Source of the DNA: a virus
Taxonomy: Duplodnaviria; Caudoviricetes
Direction: 5' to 3' (one strand)
IMG/VR virus record: IMGVR_UViG_3300043391_000453
Coordinates: 1-35,084 of that record
Length of the DNA stretch: 35,084 nucleotides
Position 1 is the first letter of the stretch, and every line of letters starts with the position of its first letter. The position numbers and the translations under genes were made by a program. Shown piece after piece: positions 24,409-34,090 of the stretch. The notes beneath the pieces were generated by a model, which was not told the DNA's origin, did no database searches, and saw nothing but the letters and a program-made list of their open reading frames with translations.

Positions 24409-24676
24409 TCAGACAATGGGGCCGGACGGCCATTATCGTTCGGAAAAAGAAGAACGCCGCATCAACCTCGCAGTCGTTTCCGCCCTTGGCGGCACGCAGG
24501 GCGAGGAGCTGATGACCTATCTGCGCTCCATCACAGTGAACGTGGCGTCCGGGCCGGAGATTTCCGACCGGGCGCTCATGCACCTCGAGGGCATGCGCTT
24601 CCTCGTTGGTGTCCTATCCACGCGCATCAATCTCGGACACAAGGCGAAAAACAATGTCGATGATCAAGAAAAATGA
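24401..24676 (+). CDS. Small head-associated protein (Bbp19-like)
   Basis: G.ELM.YLRSIT...L.HLEG.RFLV; lies between portal and scaffold. Confidence 0.75.
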   Translation: MANQTMGPDGHYRSEKEERRINLAVVSALGGTQGEELMTYLRSITVNVASGPEISDRALMHLEGMRFLVGVLSTRINLGHKAKNNVDDQEK

Positions 24677-25466
24677 GGCTGCCCCGGCACCCGCTCCTGC
24701 TCCTGCTCCCGCCCCTGCTCCCGCCCCTGCTCCCGCTGGCGATCCTGCTCCGGCTTTTACCCCTGCTCCGGCAAGCGAAAGCCAGCGTTTCGAGAGCTCG
24801 GCCCAGCGTCCTGAGTACATCCCCGAGAAGTTCTGGCGCGAAGGCAAGCCGGACATCGAAAACCTCGCCAAGAGCTATGCCGAACTCACGAGCTGGAAGA
24901 ACACCAAGACCGAGGAGCTGCTCAAGACCATCGACGCCGAACGCCTGAAGGCACGGCCCGAAACCGCCGACAAGTACGAGCTGCCCGAGATCGAGGGGAT
25001 CGACGCGGAATCGCTGGCCTCCTCGCCGCTTGTCTCTTTCTGGCGGCAGACTGCCTATGAGATGGGCTTGCCGCAGGACAAGTTCACGGAAGGGATGCAG
25101 CAGTACATCGATGCGCTGGACACCTCCGGGCCTGATCTCGAGGCCGAGATGGGCTATCTCGGTGAGAATGCCGAGGCCCGCATTCAGGCTGTGTCGGCCT
25201 GGGCGCAGCAGAACTTTGCCGAGCCCGACGAGTTCGAGGCCATCCAGCGTCTGGGTCAGTCGGCTGGTGGCATCCGCGTCCTCGAGCGCCTCATGGGCTC
25301 CGCCACTGGCGTGGGCTCCGAAGCACCGTTGCAGAAGTCGATCTCGATTGACGATCTGAAGCAGATGCAGCTCGATCCCCGGTACTGGAACCCGGCCAGC
25401 CGCGATCCGGCCTTCGTCAAGCAGGTCGATGACGGCTTCCAGCGCCTCTACTCCGGTAAGCGGTGA
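24654..25466 (+). CDS. Capsid scaffolding protein (T7 gp9-like)
   Basis: Pro-Ala N-terminus, RPEYIPEKF...LAKSYAEL, and DPRYW....DPAFVKQV C-terminus. Confidence 0.85.
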   Translation: MSMIKKNEAAPAPAPAPAPAPAPAPAPAGDPAPAFTPAPASESQRFESSAQRPEYIPEKFWREGKPDIENLAKSYAELTSWKNTKTEELLKTIDAERLKARPETADKYELPEIEGIDAESLASSPLVSFWRQTAYEMGLPQDKFTEGMQQYIDALDTSGPDLEAEMGYLGENAEARIQAVSAWAQQNFAEPDEFEAIQRLGQSAGGIRVLERLMGSATGVGSEAPLQKSISIDDLKQMQLDPRYWNPASRDPAFVKQVDDGFQRLYSGKR

Positions 25467-25918
25467 GGCTCCGGCATCCCAACCCCGGCGACCGTGGCGA
25501 TTTGCTGCGGCTCGCCCGGGCGATGCACGCAGAAAGCTGGTATCGGGACTTCACCTTTGTGGAATCGCGGTTCGATGAAGTCCTCGAGCAGTGCTTCCAC
25601 AACACCGACTGGCTTGCACTGGTGCTCGAACATGAGGGGCAGATCGTCGGCTTTTTCTGCGCCGTCCAGACCGAATACTTCTTCTCGAACGACCGATATG
25701 CCTGCGATCTCTGCCTCTATATCGAGCCCCAACACCGGGGCGGCATGGGCGCGGTTCGCATGGTCAAGGCGTTCGAGGCGTGGTGCCGGATCAAGGGCGT
25801 CCTCGAGATGCACCTTGGCGTGTCCACCGAGGTCAACGCGGCGCGCACCGCCGACTTCTATCAGGCGATGGGCTATCACTCCCCGGCAATGGGTTTCCGA
25901 AAAAAAGTGCGTTTTTGA
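25463..25918 (+). CDS. GNAT-family acetyltransferase
   Basis: IVGFF, LYIEPQHRGGMGAVRMVKAFE.W and FYQAMGY motifs; GTGA coupling. Confidence 0.85.
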   Translation: MRLRHPNPGDRGDLLRLARAMHAESWYRDFTFVESRFDEVLEQCFHNTDWLALVLEHEGQIVGFFCAVQTEYFFSNDRYACDLCLYIEPQHRGGMGAVRMVKAFEAWCRIKGVLEMHLGVSTEVNAARTADFYQAMGYHSPAMGFRKKVRF

Positions 25919-25940
25919 ACTGCAAGGTTGCGACTACATT
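25907..25940 (+). promoter_or_regulatory. Putative late promoter GTGCGTT-N21-TACATT upstream of major capsid gene
   Basis: Fourth copy of the motif, same spacing. Confidence 0.7.
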
Positions 25941-26061
25941 CCGGGCCAGCTCGAAAGGCCCGTGGTTGGTACGCCGTAAGCCCGCAAGGAACAACTTACA
26001 CAGTGCGGATCGCCTGGAACAACCCTTCAGAAGCGCGATCATCAACTGAAGGAACATTATC

Positions 26062-26889
26062 ATGTCTATGGACATCTCTGACGCTTTCATCAAGCAGTAC
26101 GAGAGTGACGTTCACATGGCTTACCAGCGCATGGGATCGAAGCTCCGCAACATGGTTCGCGTAAAAGCGAACGTAAAGGGCTCCTCCACGACCTTCCAGA
26201 AGGTCGGCAAGGGCACCGCCGTCACCAAGGCTCGTCACGCCGAAATCGCCACCATGAACATCGACCACACCCCGGTCGAGTGCACGCTGGCCGACTTCTA
26301 CGCTGGCGACTACATCGACAAGCTCGATGAACTCAAGACCAACATCGACGAGCGTATGGTCGTTGCTCAGTCGGCTGCTGCCGCTCTTGGCCGCAAGTCG
26401 GACGAGCTCATCATCGCCGCCGCCGACACGACCACGAACGTCACCACGGAAAGCAGCACTGCCGTGCTGACCCTTGGCAAGATCAACACGGTCTTCTCTC
26501 ACTTCGGTGAGAACGATGTGCCGGATGATGGTGGCCGTTACTGGTGCGTTGGCCCTGACCAGTGGACTGACCTCCTTGCCATCACCGCGTTCTCGAGCGC
26601 GGACTACGTTGGCATCGACCAGCTCCCCTACAAGGCTGGCATGGCTGCGAAAATCTGGATGACCTTCCTGTGGAACACCCACTCCGGTCTTCCGAAGGCC
26701 AGCAACATCCGCAAGACCTTCGCGTTCCACCGCTCGGCCATCGGCCATGCGTCTGGTGCCGAAGTCCAGTCGGAGATCAACTACGTCCCCACCCGTGTCG
26801 CGCACCTCGCCACGTCCATGATGTCACAGGGCTCTGTCCTGATTGACGCCGTGGGCGCCTACGAAGTGCAGGCTTACGAAGCAGCTTAA
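26062..26889 (+). CDS. Major capsid protein
   Basis: I..AFIKQYE.DVH.AYQR.GSKLR..V, DYIDKLDELK.NID and AAAALGRK.D..II motifs; strong codon bias; follows the scaffold. Confidence 0.92.
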   Translation: MSMDISDAFIKQYESDVHMAYQRMGSKLRNMVRVKANVKGSSTTFQKVGKGTAVTKARHAEIATMNIDHTPVECTLADFYAGDYIDKLDELKTNIDERMVVAQSAAAALGRKSDELIIAAADTTTNVTTESSTAVLTLGKINTVFSHFGENDVPDDGGRYWCVGPDQWTDLLAITAFSSADYVGIDQLPYKAGMAAKIWMTFLWNTHSGLPKASNIRKTFAFHRSAIGHASGAEVQSEINYVPTRVAHLATSMMSQGSVLIDAVGAYEVQAYEAA

Positions 26890-26903
26890 TAGGAGAAGCT
26901 CAC

Positions 26904-27161
26904 ATGGCTCTTGATGCAACGAAACTGTTCAAGATGTGTGGCGCTGATCCTGCGCTGTTCATCTACAAGTCTGGCGCTGACACGGTTGGCACCGTGACGG
27001 GCTCCGGTTACTTCAACGCCGTCACCGACCAGCTGAAGAATGGCGATGTGATCCTCGTGGTTGGCAACTCTGTTGCCTCCATTGATGCCACCATCGTCAC
27101 CTCGGCTTCCGGTGCCGCCACTGTTACGACCTCGGCTACCGAGGGCGTCACCGCATCCTAA
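26904..27161 (+). CDS. Minor capsid / decoration protein
   Basis: AGGAG RBS; Y.S.D...TV..SGYFN...LK.GDVI; co-terminated with the capsid gene. Confidence 0.7.
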   Translation: MALDATKLFKMCGADPALFIYKSGADTVGTVTGSGYFNAVTDQLKNGDVILVVGNSVASIDATIVTSASGAATVTTSATEGVTAS

Positions 27162-27186
27162 CGTCCTCCCTGGGTTAGGTTGACTG

Positions 27187-27217
27187 AGGGGGTGGGGGAA
27201 ACCCTACCCCCTTTTTT
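27187..27217 (+). terminator. Rho-independent terminator after capsid genes
   Basis: AGGGGGTGGGG-GAAA-CCCTACCCCCT followed by TTTTT. Confidence 0.85.
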
Positions 27218-27231
27218 CTAAGGAGAGGCTG

Positions 27232-27816
27232 ATGCCGCTGACCAAGTTTGACGTTTGCAGCAATGCCCTTGTGGCGATTGGCGCGGACACCATCACCGAT
27301 TTTACAGGCGGCAGCACGGAAAGTGCAGTCGCCTCTCAGCTTTACCAGACCACTGTGGACAACTGGCTGACCCTCTATGACTGGCGCTTTGCCTCGAAGC
27401 AGGCCCAGCTTTCGCGCCTGTCCGAGACTCCGACCGCCCTTTGGTCTGCCGCCTATCAGGCTCCTGCCGGGATCATCAAGATGAAAGGCGTGTTCGTGAA
27501 CGACAAGCCCATCGAGTATGACCGCTATCAGGACAAGATTTACTGCAATGCCCAAGCCGCCGATGTCGTGATCGCCGATTATGTCTGGTCGGTCGGCGTC
27601 GAGTTCTGGCCTCCCTACTTCGTGATGCTGGCCGAGCTGGCGCTGATGAAGCGCTTCTCCTTTGCCCTTGCTGGCAAGCTCGACCTCAAGGCCACGGTTG
27701 ACGCGGATCTGGAGCAGCAGTTCCAGCTCGCCAAGAATGCCGACAGCCGCCAGCAGACCACCAAGCGCATCGACATGGGTCGCCGTGGCTCCATCCTCGA
27801 GGCCCGCCGCTCATGA
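27232..27816 (+). CDS. Tail tubular protein A / adaptor (T7 gp11-like)
   Basis: DVCSNALVAIGA..I and Y.......L....WRFA motifs; position after the capsid operon. Confidence 0.88.
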   Translation: MPLTKFDVCSNALVAIGADTITDFTGGSTESAVASQLYQTTVDNWLTLYDWRFASKQAQLSRLSETPTALWSAAYQAPAGIIKMKGVFVNDKPIEYDRYQDKIYCNAQAADVVIADYVWSVGVEFWPPYFVMLAELALMKRFSFALAGKLDLKATVDADLEQQFQLAKNADSRQQTTKRIDMGRRGSILEARRS

Positions 27817-30017
27817 GCAATGTCGCCCAGCCCATCCGCATCTTGCAGACCGACTTCCGGGCGGGCGAAGTGTCGCCTGAAATCCAGATGCGCGTGGACT
27901 CCAAGGCTTACCCCTCGGGAGCCCGATCGCTCAAGAACTGTCGCCTGTCGAACACGGGCGCTGTCTCGCGCCGTCCCGGCACGACCCTTATCCGCAATCT
28001 TTCGGGCCGCCGCCGCCTGAAGAACTTCGAGTATGATGAGGACGAAAAGTACATCCTCTGCTTTGGCAACAACGCGCTCGAAATCTATGACGCGGCTGGC
28101 ACGCTCCAGACCAGCTTCTCCGGCTCGACCAACTGCCCCTGGACATCTTCAACAATGTTTGAAGCCCAGATGACGCAGGCTGCGGATGTCATGGTTATCA
28201 CGCACAAGACCTTCCGCCCCAAGGTGCTGCGCCGCACCGGGCTCACCACGTTCTCGATGACTGATCTCTCCTTTGTCCAGTCTCCGAACGGGGCCAAGAT
28301 TTATCAGCCCTATGTCAAGTACGAGGCGGCACCCGTCACCCTTGCCATCAGCAATCCTGCGGAAGGCTCCGGCAGGACGATCACCGCTTCGAGCGGCATC
28401 TTCTCGTCGGCTTGGGTCGGCGACACGATCCGCATGTTTGGCATCGAGCTCACGATCACGGGTTATACAAACACCACGACTGTTACTGCGACTGCCAAGA
28501 AGGCTGTCAAGAAGCGGCTCGATCTCAACCCGTTCCTGTTCAAGGATGAGAGCTCAACCTGCGAAGTCACTCATGTGTTTCACGGCATGGCGACCGGGGC
28601 CAGCGTGACACTTTCTGGCGCGCGTGACGAGTTCTCGGTCAGCCGGAACAGCATCAACGGTGCTCGCACAATCACTGTCATCGACGAGGATCGCTATACC
28701 TTCACGATGTCGAGCGGCAATGACGCGACTTCCGACACCTCCGCTGATGGCGGCGGCTCTGCCGTTGAAGTCCAGACCACCGCCCCGACCCGCGATTGGG
28801 ACGAGCAGGTGTTCTCTGCGCGGCGTGGCTGGCCTTCGGCCTGCTGCTTCCACGAAGATCGCCTGTGGTTTGGCGGATCGTCCTCAATACCGGACGGCCT
28901 CTGGTCATCGCACACTGGCGACTACTTCAACTTTGCTGTCGGCACGGGCAATGACAACGAGTCCATTCAGGTCTCGATTGGTTCTGCGCGCGTGGCAAAC
29001 ATCCGTCACATCGTCTCCAACCGCCTGCTCCAAATCTTCACCGAGGGCTCCGAGTTCGTGGCAAAGCAGTCGGACGGCGTGGGCCTTACGCCATCGACTG
29101 TCTCGGTGCGCCCGCAGACGACCTATGGCTGCGCCTTCCTGTCTCCGAAATCGCTCGACGGCGCGACCATGTTTCTTCAGGCCAACGACAAGACGATCCG
29201 CGAGTTTGTCTATGACTTCAATCAGGACGGCTTTCAATCGGCCGACCTGACGGCTGCTGCTCCGCATCTCATCAACACTCCGAAGTCCTTCGATGTGTTC
29301 TATGGCTCCGCCACAAGGCCAGAACAGTATGCCTTCTTCGTCAATGGCGATGGCACGATGGCGGTGTTTCACTCGATCCGGCAGGAAAGCCTTGCCGCGT
29401 GGACGCCTTGGGTGACGCGCTCCGGCGACACGTTTGACAGCGTGGTTGTGCTTTCAACCAAGGTGTTCGTATCTGTGCTGCGCAATGGCACCTACCGCCT
29501 CGAGCAAATCGAGTTCGACGGCGAGGTCTACACCGACTGCACCAAGGCAATGACCGCAGGGACTGCGACGACAAGCTGGGCGCTGGGCTCGGACTATGCC
29601 AACCAGGTCGTCCATGTGACCTCGAACGACTATTATCTGGGCTCGTTCACGGCAAACAGCTCCGGCACGATCACGCTTGGCAATGCCGTCACCTCGATCA
29701 AGGCTGGCTATAATTATCAGTGGCAGGTGATCCCGAACACGCCGGACAAGGAAATCACGACCGGGCCTCTGACAGGTGTCCCGCGCCGGATCGTGGCGAC
29801 CACGGTGCATGTCCTCGACACGCTCAACCTGACAGTCGATGGCCGTGATGTCGTGGGCTACTCGGTAGGCGATGATCTCTCGGTCGCGCCACCTCGGGCA
29901 TCCCGCAAGTTCCGCAAGTTCCTGACGGGCTATGACCGCGATCCCGTGGTGGTCTTTTCCCAGAGCGCGCCGCTTCCGGTGACGCTGCTCGGTTGCAACA
30001 TGGAGGTATCCTTCTGA
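27813..30017 (+). CDS. Tail tubular protein B / nozzle (T7 gp12-like)
   Basis: QTDFRAGEVSP, GAVSRRPGT, GWPSACCFHEDRLWFGG, LQIFTEGSEF and PLPVTLL motifs. Confidence 0.9.
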   Translation: MSNVAQPIRILQTDFRAGEVSPEIQMRVDSKAYPSGARSLKNCRLSNTGAVSRRPGTTLIRNLSGRRRLKNFEYDEDEKYILCFGNNALEIYDAAGTLQTSFSGSTNCPWTSSTMFEAQMTQAADVMVITHKTFRPKVLRRTGLTTFSMTDLSFVQSPNGAKIYQPYVKYEAAPVTLAISNPAEGSGRTITASSGIFSSAWVGDTIRMFGIELTITGYTNTTTVTATAKKAVKKRLDLNPFLFKDESSTCEVTHVFHGMATGASVTLSGARDEFSVSRNSINGARTITVIDEDRYTFTMSSGNDATSDTSADGGGSAVEVQTTAPTRDWDEQVFSARRGWPSACCFHEDRLWFGGSSSIPDGLWSSHTGDYFNFAVGTGNDNESIQVSIGSARVANIRHIVSNRLLQIFTEGSEFVAKQSDGVGLTPSTVSVRPQTTYGCAFLSPKSLDGATMFLQANDKTIREFVYDFNQDGFQSADLTAAAPHLINTPKSFDVFYGSATRPEQYAFFVNGDGTMAVFHSIRQESLAAWTPWVTRSGDTFDSVVVLSTKVFVSVLRNGTYRLEQIEFDGEVYTDCTKAMTAGTATTSWALGSDYANQVVHVTSNDYYLGSFTANSSGTITLGNAVTSIKAGYNYQWQVIPNTPDKEITTGPLTGVPRRIVATTVHVLDTLNLTVDGRDVVGYSVGDDLSVAPPRASRKFRKFLTGYDRDPVVVFSQSAPLPVTLLGCNMEVSF

Positions 30018-30499
30018 TGGGTTTCGCAGCATTTGGTGCAATTCTTGGTGCGGCTGGTTCTCTGGTTCAGGGCGTGATGTCGGCACAGGCCGCGTCTGCT
30101 CAGGCCAAGGTCGCCAATGAGCAGCTCAAGATCGACATGGAGAATGACAAGATCCGCGCGGCAAACGAGGAAAACGACCGCATCGAAATGTTCCAGCGTG
30201 CCGAAGGTGCCAATGCCGTGGCATCCGCGCTGGCTGTCGGTGGCGGCCAGAACTTCTCCTACCAGCAAGGCATCCAGCCTTTCAACAAGTCGGTGGTCGC
30301 GCGAGATGTTGCGACCATTGGCTACAATAAGGACATGGCTGTCGGTCGTGCAAAGTATCAGATCGCGGTCAACAAGTTCACGGCCAAGACCGAGGGCCGG
30401 ATGGCGATGGTGAGCGGTCTCTTTGGCGCGGTCGATTCACTGGCTGGCATGAAGCAAGTCGGCTCCTACAAATCGACCGGTGGCGGTCTGCTCTCTTGA
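30017..30499 (+). CDS. Internal virion protein (T7 gp14 position), 160 aa
   Basis: TGATG-coupled start at 30017; hydrophobic Gly/Ala N-terminus followed by a helical Q/A-rich region. Confidence 0.75.
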   Translation: MGFAAFGAILGAAGSLVQGVMSAQAASAQAKVANEQLKIDMENDKIRAANEENDRIEMFQRAEGANAVASALAVGGGQNFSYQQGIQPFNKSVVARDVATIGYNKDMAVGRAKYQIAVNKFTAKTEGRMAMVSGLFGAVDSLAGMKQVGSYKSTGGGLLS

Positions 30500-30508
30500 G
30501 GATAGAAA

Positions 30509-33500
30509 ATGGCAATCCAGTTTGAACAGCCGCGCGTGAGCCTTATCCAGTCCGGCAGTCTTCCGACTGCGCGGGCGAACATCAATGTCCCCAACATTGG
30601 CGGTCAGCTTGCCAGCATTGGCGAGAAGCTGACTGCAAGAGCCCAGGCCAAGCAGGGAGAGAATGAGTTTGTCGATGGCCAGACTGCGGCTGGCGAGTTC
30701 ATTGCAATGGACGCTGACGGCAGCTTCAAGGCTTGGCCGGAGCGCACCTTTACGGATGAACAGGCCCGCAACGCATACGACACTGCGCTGGCCCAGAACT
30801 ACACGACCCAGTTTGAAAGCGCGCTTTCTGTGCAGCTGGCAGAAATCCAAGGTGACGCGACCGCCACGCCCGATCAGAAGCGGATGCGCATGGACGCTGC
30901 ACTCGATGCGCGCCTTGCTGCCGTAGGCAAAGCAGCTCCACGGCTGGTCGCTTCCCTTCGGGCTCGCGGCACCGAAGTCATCGGGCAGCGCCATGCAGGC
31001 ATGATCCTTTCCGATCAGGAGCGGCAGGCCCAGCTCACGGTGGACGGGCTCAAGTTCGGGATTGAGAACGATCTGGCTCAAGGTTCGGCTGCGGCTGCAA
31101 CCGGGGTCGTTACTTCAAAGTTCACCGACTCCATCAACGAAAAGTATGACACGCTGGTCGGAATGCGGCGGATGTCGCCGGAGGCAGCTGCGAACGGAAA
31201 GCGGCTTGCTGCCGAAACCATCACCAGCTCCGGCGTCAGCCAGCGGCTTTCGACATTTCTCTACAATGGCGACCTGACCCCGCAACAGATTGACGACTTT
31301 GCCAGCGCCATTGAAACGGGCAACGCGGTTGACCTTACCGTTGACTTTGAGCCGGACGATTTTGGCCGCCAGCGTCCGGGCGTCCTGTTTTCCTCCAAGC
31401 AGTTCCGCGAGGTCGTTCAGAACCCCACGCTTCGCAACCAGCTTGCGGCTGATTTGCGGCAGGCTTCTGCCGAGCGCAGCGCGCTTTTGGCATCGGGAGC
31501 CAAGTGGGCCGAGTTCTCCAGCAACATGGAGTCCCTGAACTCCAATCCGGCTTATCGCCACAGCGCACTGGAGAGCGCCCACAGGGATGACTTCAACAAG
31601 CTGGCTTCCAGCGTAATGGTCAATGACAAGCCCTTCGAGACGCAAGCTGGCTTCAACAAGCTTGCCAAGCTCATTGTGACGGCAAGGGTCATGCCGCAGA
31701 GCGTGGTCGATTCCATGCGCTCTATGATCAACTCGGGCGACAAGGCCCAGCTCGAGCAGGCCGTTGCCACATGGCAGATGCTTCGCACGGCGCGGAACGG
31801 CTATGGCGACAATGTTGGGGCGGCACTTCTCAACTCGATGAAGGAAGAAGATGTCAATGTCCTGTCGGCAGTGACTGATGCCTATGATGATGGCTTCACG
31901 CTTGAAGAACTCCAGACGGCTATTTCGGAGCTCAACGGGCGGCAGAACAAGGTTTCCTTCAGTGACCGTGTGGCGATCTACAACGGCTCTAAGGATGAAG
32001 GAAACTTCTACCGCGACATGCACCAGGCGCTTGCCAAGCAACTGGGTGACAATGTGCCGCCCGAGGCTGTGGAGTCGTTCAAGTCGGCGTTCAATGTGAA
32101 CATGGTTCTCACCGGGAGCCCTGAGAAGGCGTTCGCCCGCTCTCTTGAGATGGTCGCTCCCCGCTATCTTGTGTCCGACATCTTCTATTCAGGCTATGGC
32201 AAGGCCGACACCAGCGGTCTGGCAAACCCCACGGGCTATGAGGCGAGGCAGCGCACGTTCTTCGGCAATGCCCCCGGCACCGAGTTCGAGTGGCTTGGCG
32301 ATTTCATCTCGAACGAAATCAACGCACTGACCTCCGGTGCGGAAGGCCAGCCCAAGATTGCGTTTGCAAACCCGGATGAGGTCGCCAACGGACTGACGCC
32401 TGAAACACTGGCTGCTGCCTTTCAGACGCAAACGGAGACGACCCCTGCCGGGACAGTCATGGGCATGGGCAGCACTGCTCCAACGCGCAAGGGCTTCCTT
32501 GGCAAGAGTGTCTTCCTGCGCCCCACCAATACGGCCCTCAAGAACCCCCAGTTTGAAGTCTGGGTGGATACCGGCAATGGCGCGCGTGTCCGCGTCGATG
32601 TCACGGGCCGTGACGGCCAGCCGCGCCCGCTGCTCATCGACCCCTACACGGCCAATGCACAGGCGACAGCCAAGCTGAAGCAAGAGGCAGATCGCAAGAT
32701 TTTGGAGGAAGCCGCTGGCGGTGCCGAGACTGGCGTCCGGCTGAACACGCTGCAAGATGCCGGAATGACCGGAAGCCGTGGCGTTCAATATTATTTGAAG
32801 CCGGAAAACTTTGACGAATGGCTGAAGACCCAGCCCGAGGAAGTGCAGCAGAAGCACCAAGGCCGGGTAGACACGCTTTACCAGAGCATTGAAAAGCAGA
32901 TGCGCCGCGTCAATGGTGTCGATCCAGATGCTCCTGCTACATCTCCGGCCAGCGAAACCCCTGCTCCAGACCAGCAGGGCGCTGTTGAGACGCCTGCCCA
33001 GCCCGTGAGCCAGGCCACGCTCCTTGCGCCCCGGCAGTCGGGCTATGACATCGCACAGGCGGCAGTCAATGCCGTTGACAGCGTTCTGCCGGATGGCACG
33101 GGCGGTGTCTTCATGATGCGGGTCGCCGCTCAGGAAAGCAACTTCGGTCAGGCTCCCGGCAGCTTCCGCCTTTCGGGCGACAAGGGCATCTGGCAGACCA
33201 GCACGACCGCTGGCTTTGTCGAGGTCAAGCGCCGCATCCAGACCGGACAGGGAGCTGTTTTCCAAGGGGCGGAAAAGATCAAGGGCGAGCTTGGGATTGA
33301 CGTTGCCAGCCTGACTGAGGCCGATCTTGACAAGCCTCTGGTCGCCGCTGCCGTGGCACGCCTCTATTTCATGGCCTTCTCCGCCCCGATCCCACCGGAT
33401 GTCGAGGGACAGGCGGCTTACTGGAAGCGGTATTACAACACTTCGCTGGGGGCCGGGACGCCCGAACAGTTTGTCGCCAATGCGTCAAAGGTTCGCGGTG

Positions 33501-34087
33501 GGGTGGTCATTGAGCCTGCTGGCGTCGATCTGACTGCTCAGCCTGTTGATGGTGCGCCGCCCAAGAAGCGGGACATCATCAGCTATGCCAAGGGCGAAAT
33601 GTCTGATCCCATCATCGTGTCCAGCACCACGGGCAAGCGCGATCCTGCCAATTTCCTTGCCCTCGATCCTACGGTTCAGAAAAAGGCCAAGGAGCTGGCG
33701 GCAGCATTTGGCGAGCCACTTCGCATCACGCCCATTGGCGGCAGGCAGCCTGACAAGCGCAGCAAGGGCAGTCAGCACAAGGTTGGCGCGGCAACGGATT
33801 ACCTGATTGCCGACATGCCCGACGACAAGAAAACGAGGCTTGTCGCCACGGCCATTGCCAATGGAGCGAACGGCATCGGGGCTTATGGCGGTACCAGCCA
33901 AGGTGCTGGCACCATCCATTTTGACTATCGCGCCAAAGGCGATGGGCCGGGAGGTCTGGCTCTCTGGTGGCGCACGCGCCCCAATCAGGATCTCCCCTAT
34001 ACCTCTGGGCCTCAGTGGTTCCAGGAGGGCATCCGGCTGGGCCTTGAGCTCCGCAAGAACAAGCAAACAAAAGTGGCGGGGAACTGA
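30509..34087 (+). CDS. Internal virion/ejection protein (T7 gp15 position) with C-terminal lysozyme-like and M15 peptidase-like domains
   Basis: 1192 aa. AAQESNFG..GIWQ..YWKRYYNT at about 33090-33490; SQH......D...GIGAY..IHFD at about 33650-33935. Confidence 0.8.
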   Translation: MAIQFEQPRVSLIQSGSLPTARANINVPNIGGQLASIGEKLTARAQAKQGENEFVDGQTAAGEFIAMDADGSFKAWPERTFTDEQARNAYDTALAQNYTTQFESALSVQLAEIQGDATATPDQKRMRMDAALDARLAAVGKAAPRLVASLRARGTEVIGQRHAGMILSDQERQAQLTVDGLKFGIENDLAQGSAAAATGVVTSKFTDSINEKYDTLVGMRRMSPEAAANGKRLAAETITSSGVSQRLSTFLYNGDLTPQQIDDFASAIETGNAVDLTVDFEPDDFGRQRPGVLFSSKQFREVVQNPTLRNQLAADLRQASAERSALLASGAKWAEFSSNMESLNSNPAYRHSALESAHRDDFNKLASSVMVNDKPFETQAGFNKLAKLIVTARVMPQSVVDSMRSMINSGDKAQLEQAVATWQMLRTARNGYGDNVGAALLNSMKEEDVNVLSAVTDAYDDGFTLEELQTAISELNGRQNKVSFSDRVAIYNGSKDEGNFYRDMHQALAKQLGDNVPPEAVESFKSAFNVNMVLTGSPEKAFARSLEMVAPRYLVSDIFYSGYGKADTSGLANPTGYEARQRTFFGNAPGTEFEWLGDFISNEINALTSGAEGQPKIAFANPDEVANGLTPETLAAAFQTQTETTPAGTVMGMGSTAPTRKGFLGKSVFLRPTNTALKNPQFEVWVDTGNGARVRVDVTGRDGQPRPLLIDPYTANAQATAKLKQEADRKILEEAAGGAETGVRLNTLQDAGMTGSRGVQYYLKPENFDEWLKTQPEEVQQKHQGRVDTLYQSIEKQMRRVNGVDPDAPATSPASETPAPDQQGAVETPAQPVSQATLLAPRQSGYDIAQAAVNAVDSVLPDGTGGVFMMRVAAQESNFGQAPGSFRLSGDKGIWQTSTTAGFVEVKRRIQTGQGAVFQGAEKIKGELGIDVASLTEADLDKPLVAAAVARLYFMAFSAPIPPDVEGQAAYWKRYYNTSLGAGTPEQFVANASKVRGGVVIEPAGVDLTAQPVDGAPPKKRDIISYAKGEMSDPIIVSSTTGKRDPANFLALDPTVQKKAKELAAAFGEPLRITPIGGRQPDKRSKGSQHKVGAATDYLIADMPDDKKTRLVATAIANGANGIGAYGGTSQGAGTIHFDYRAKGDGPGGLALWWRTRPNQDLPYTSGPQWFQEGIRLGLELRKNKQTKVAGN

Positions 34088-34090
34088 TAG

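Noticed and set aside
24678-24736. Pro-Ala microsatellite as a phase-variable repeat
   Set aside because: A degenerate in-frame hexamer repeat in a disordered scaffold N-terminus; length changes would keep the frame.
26544-26550. Other GTGCGTT copies (also 14219)
   Set aside because: They lie inside genes and lack TA at +21, so they were not counted as promoters.
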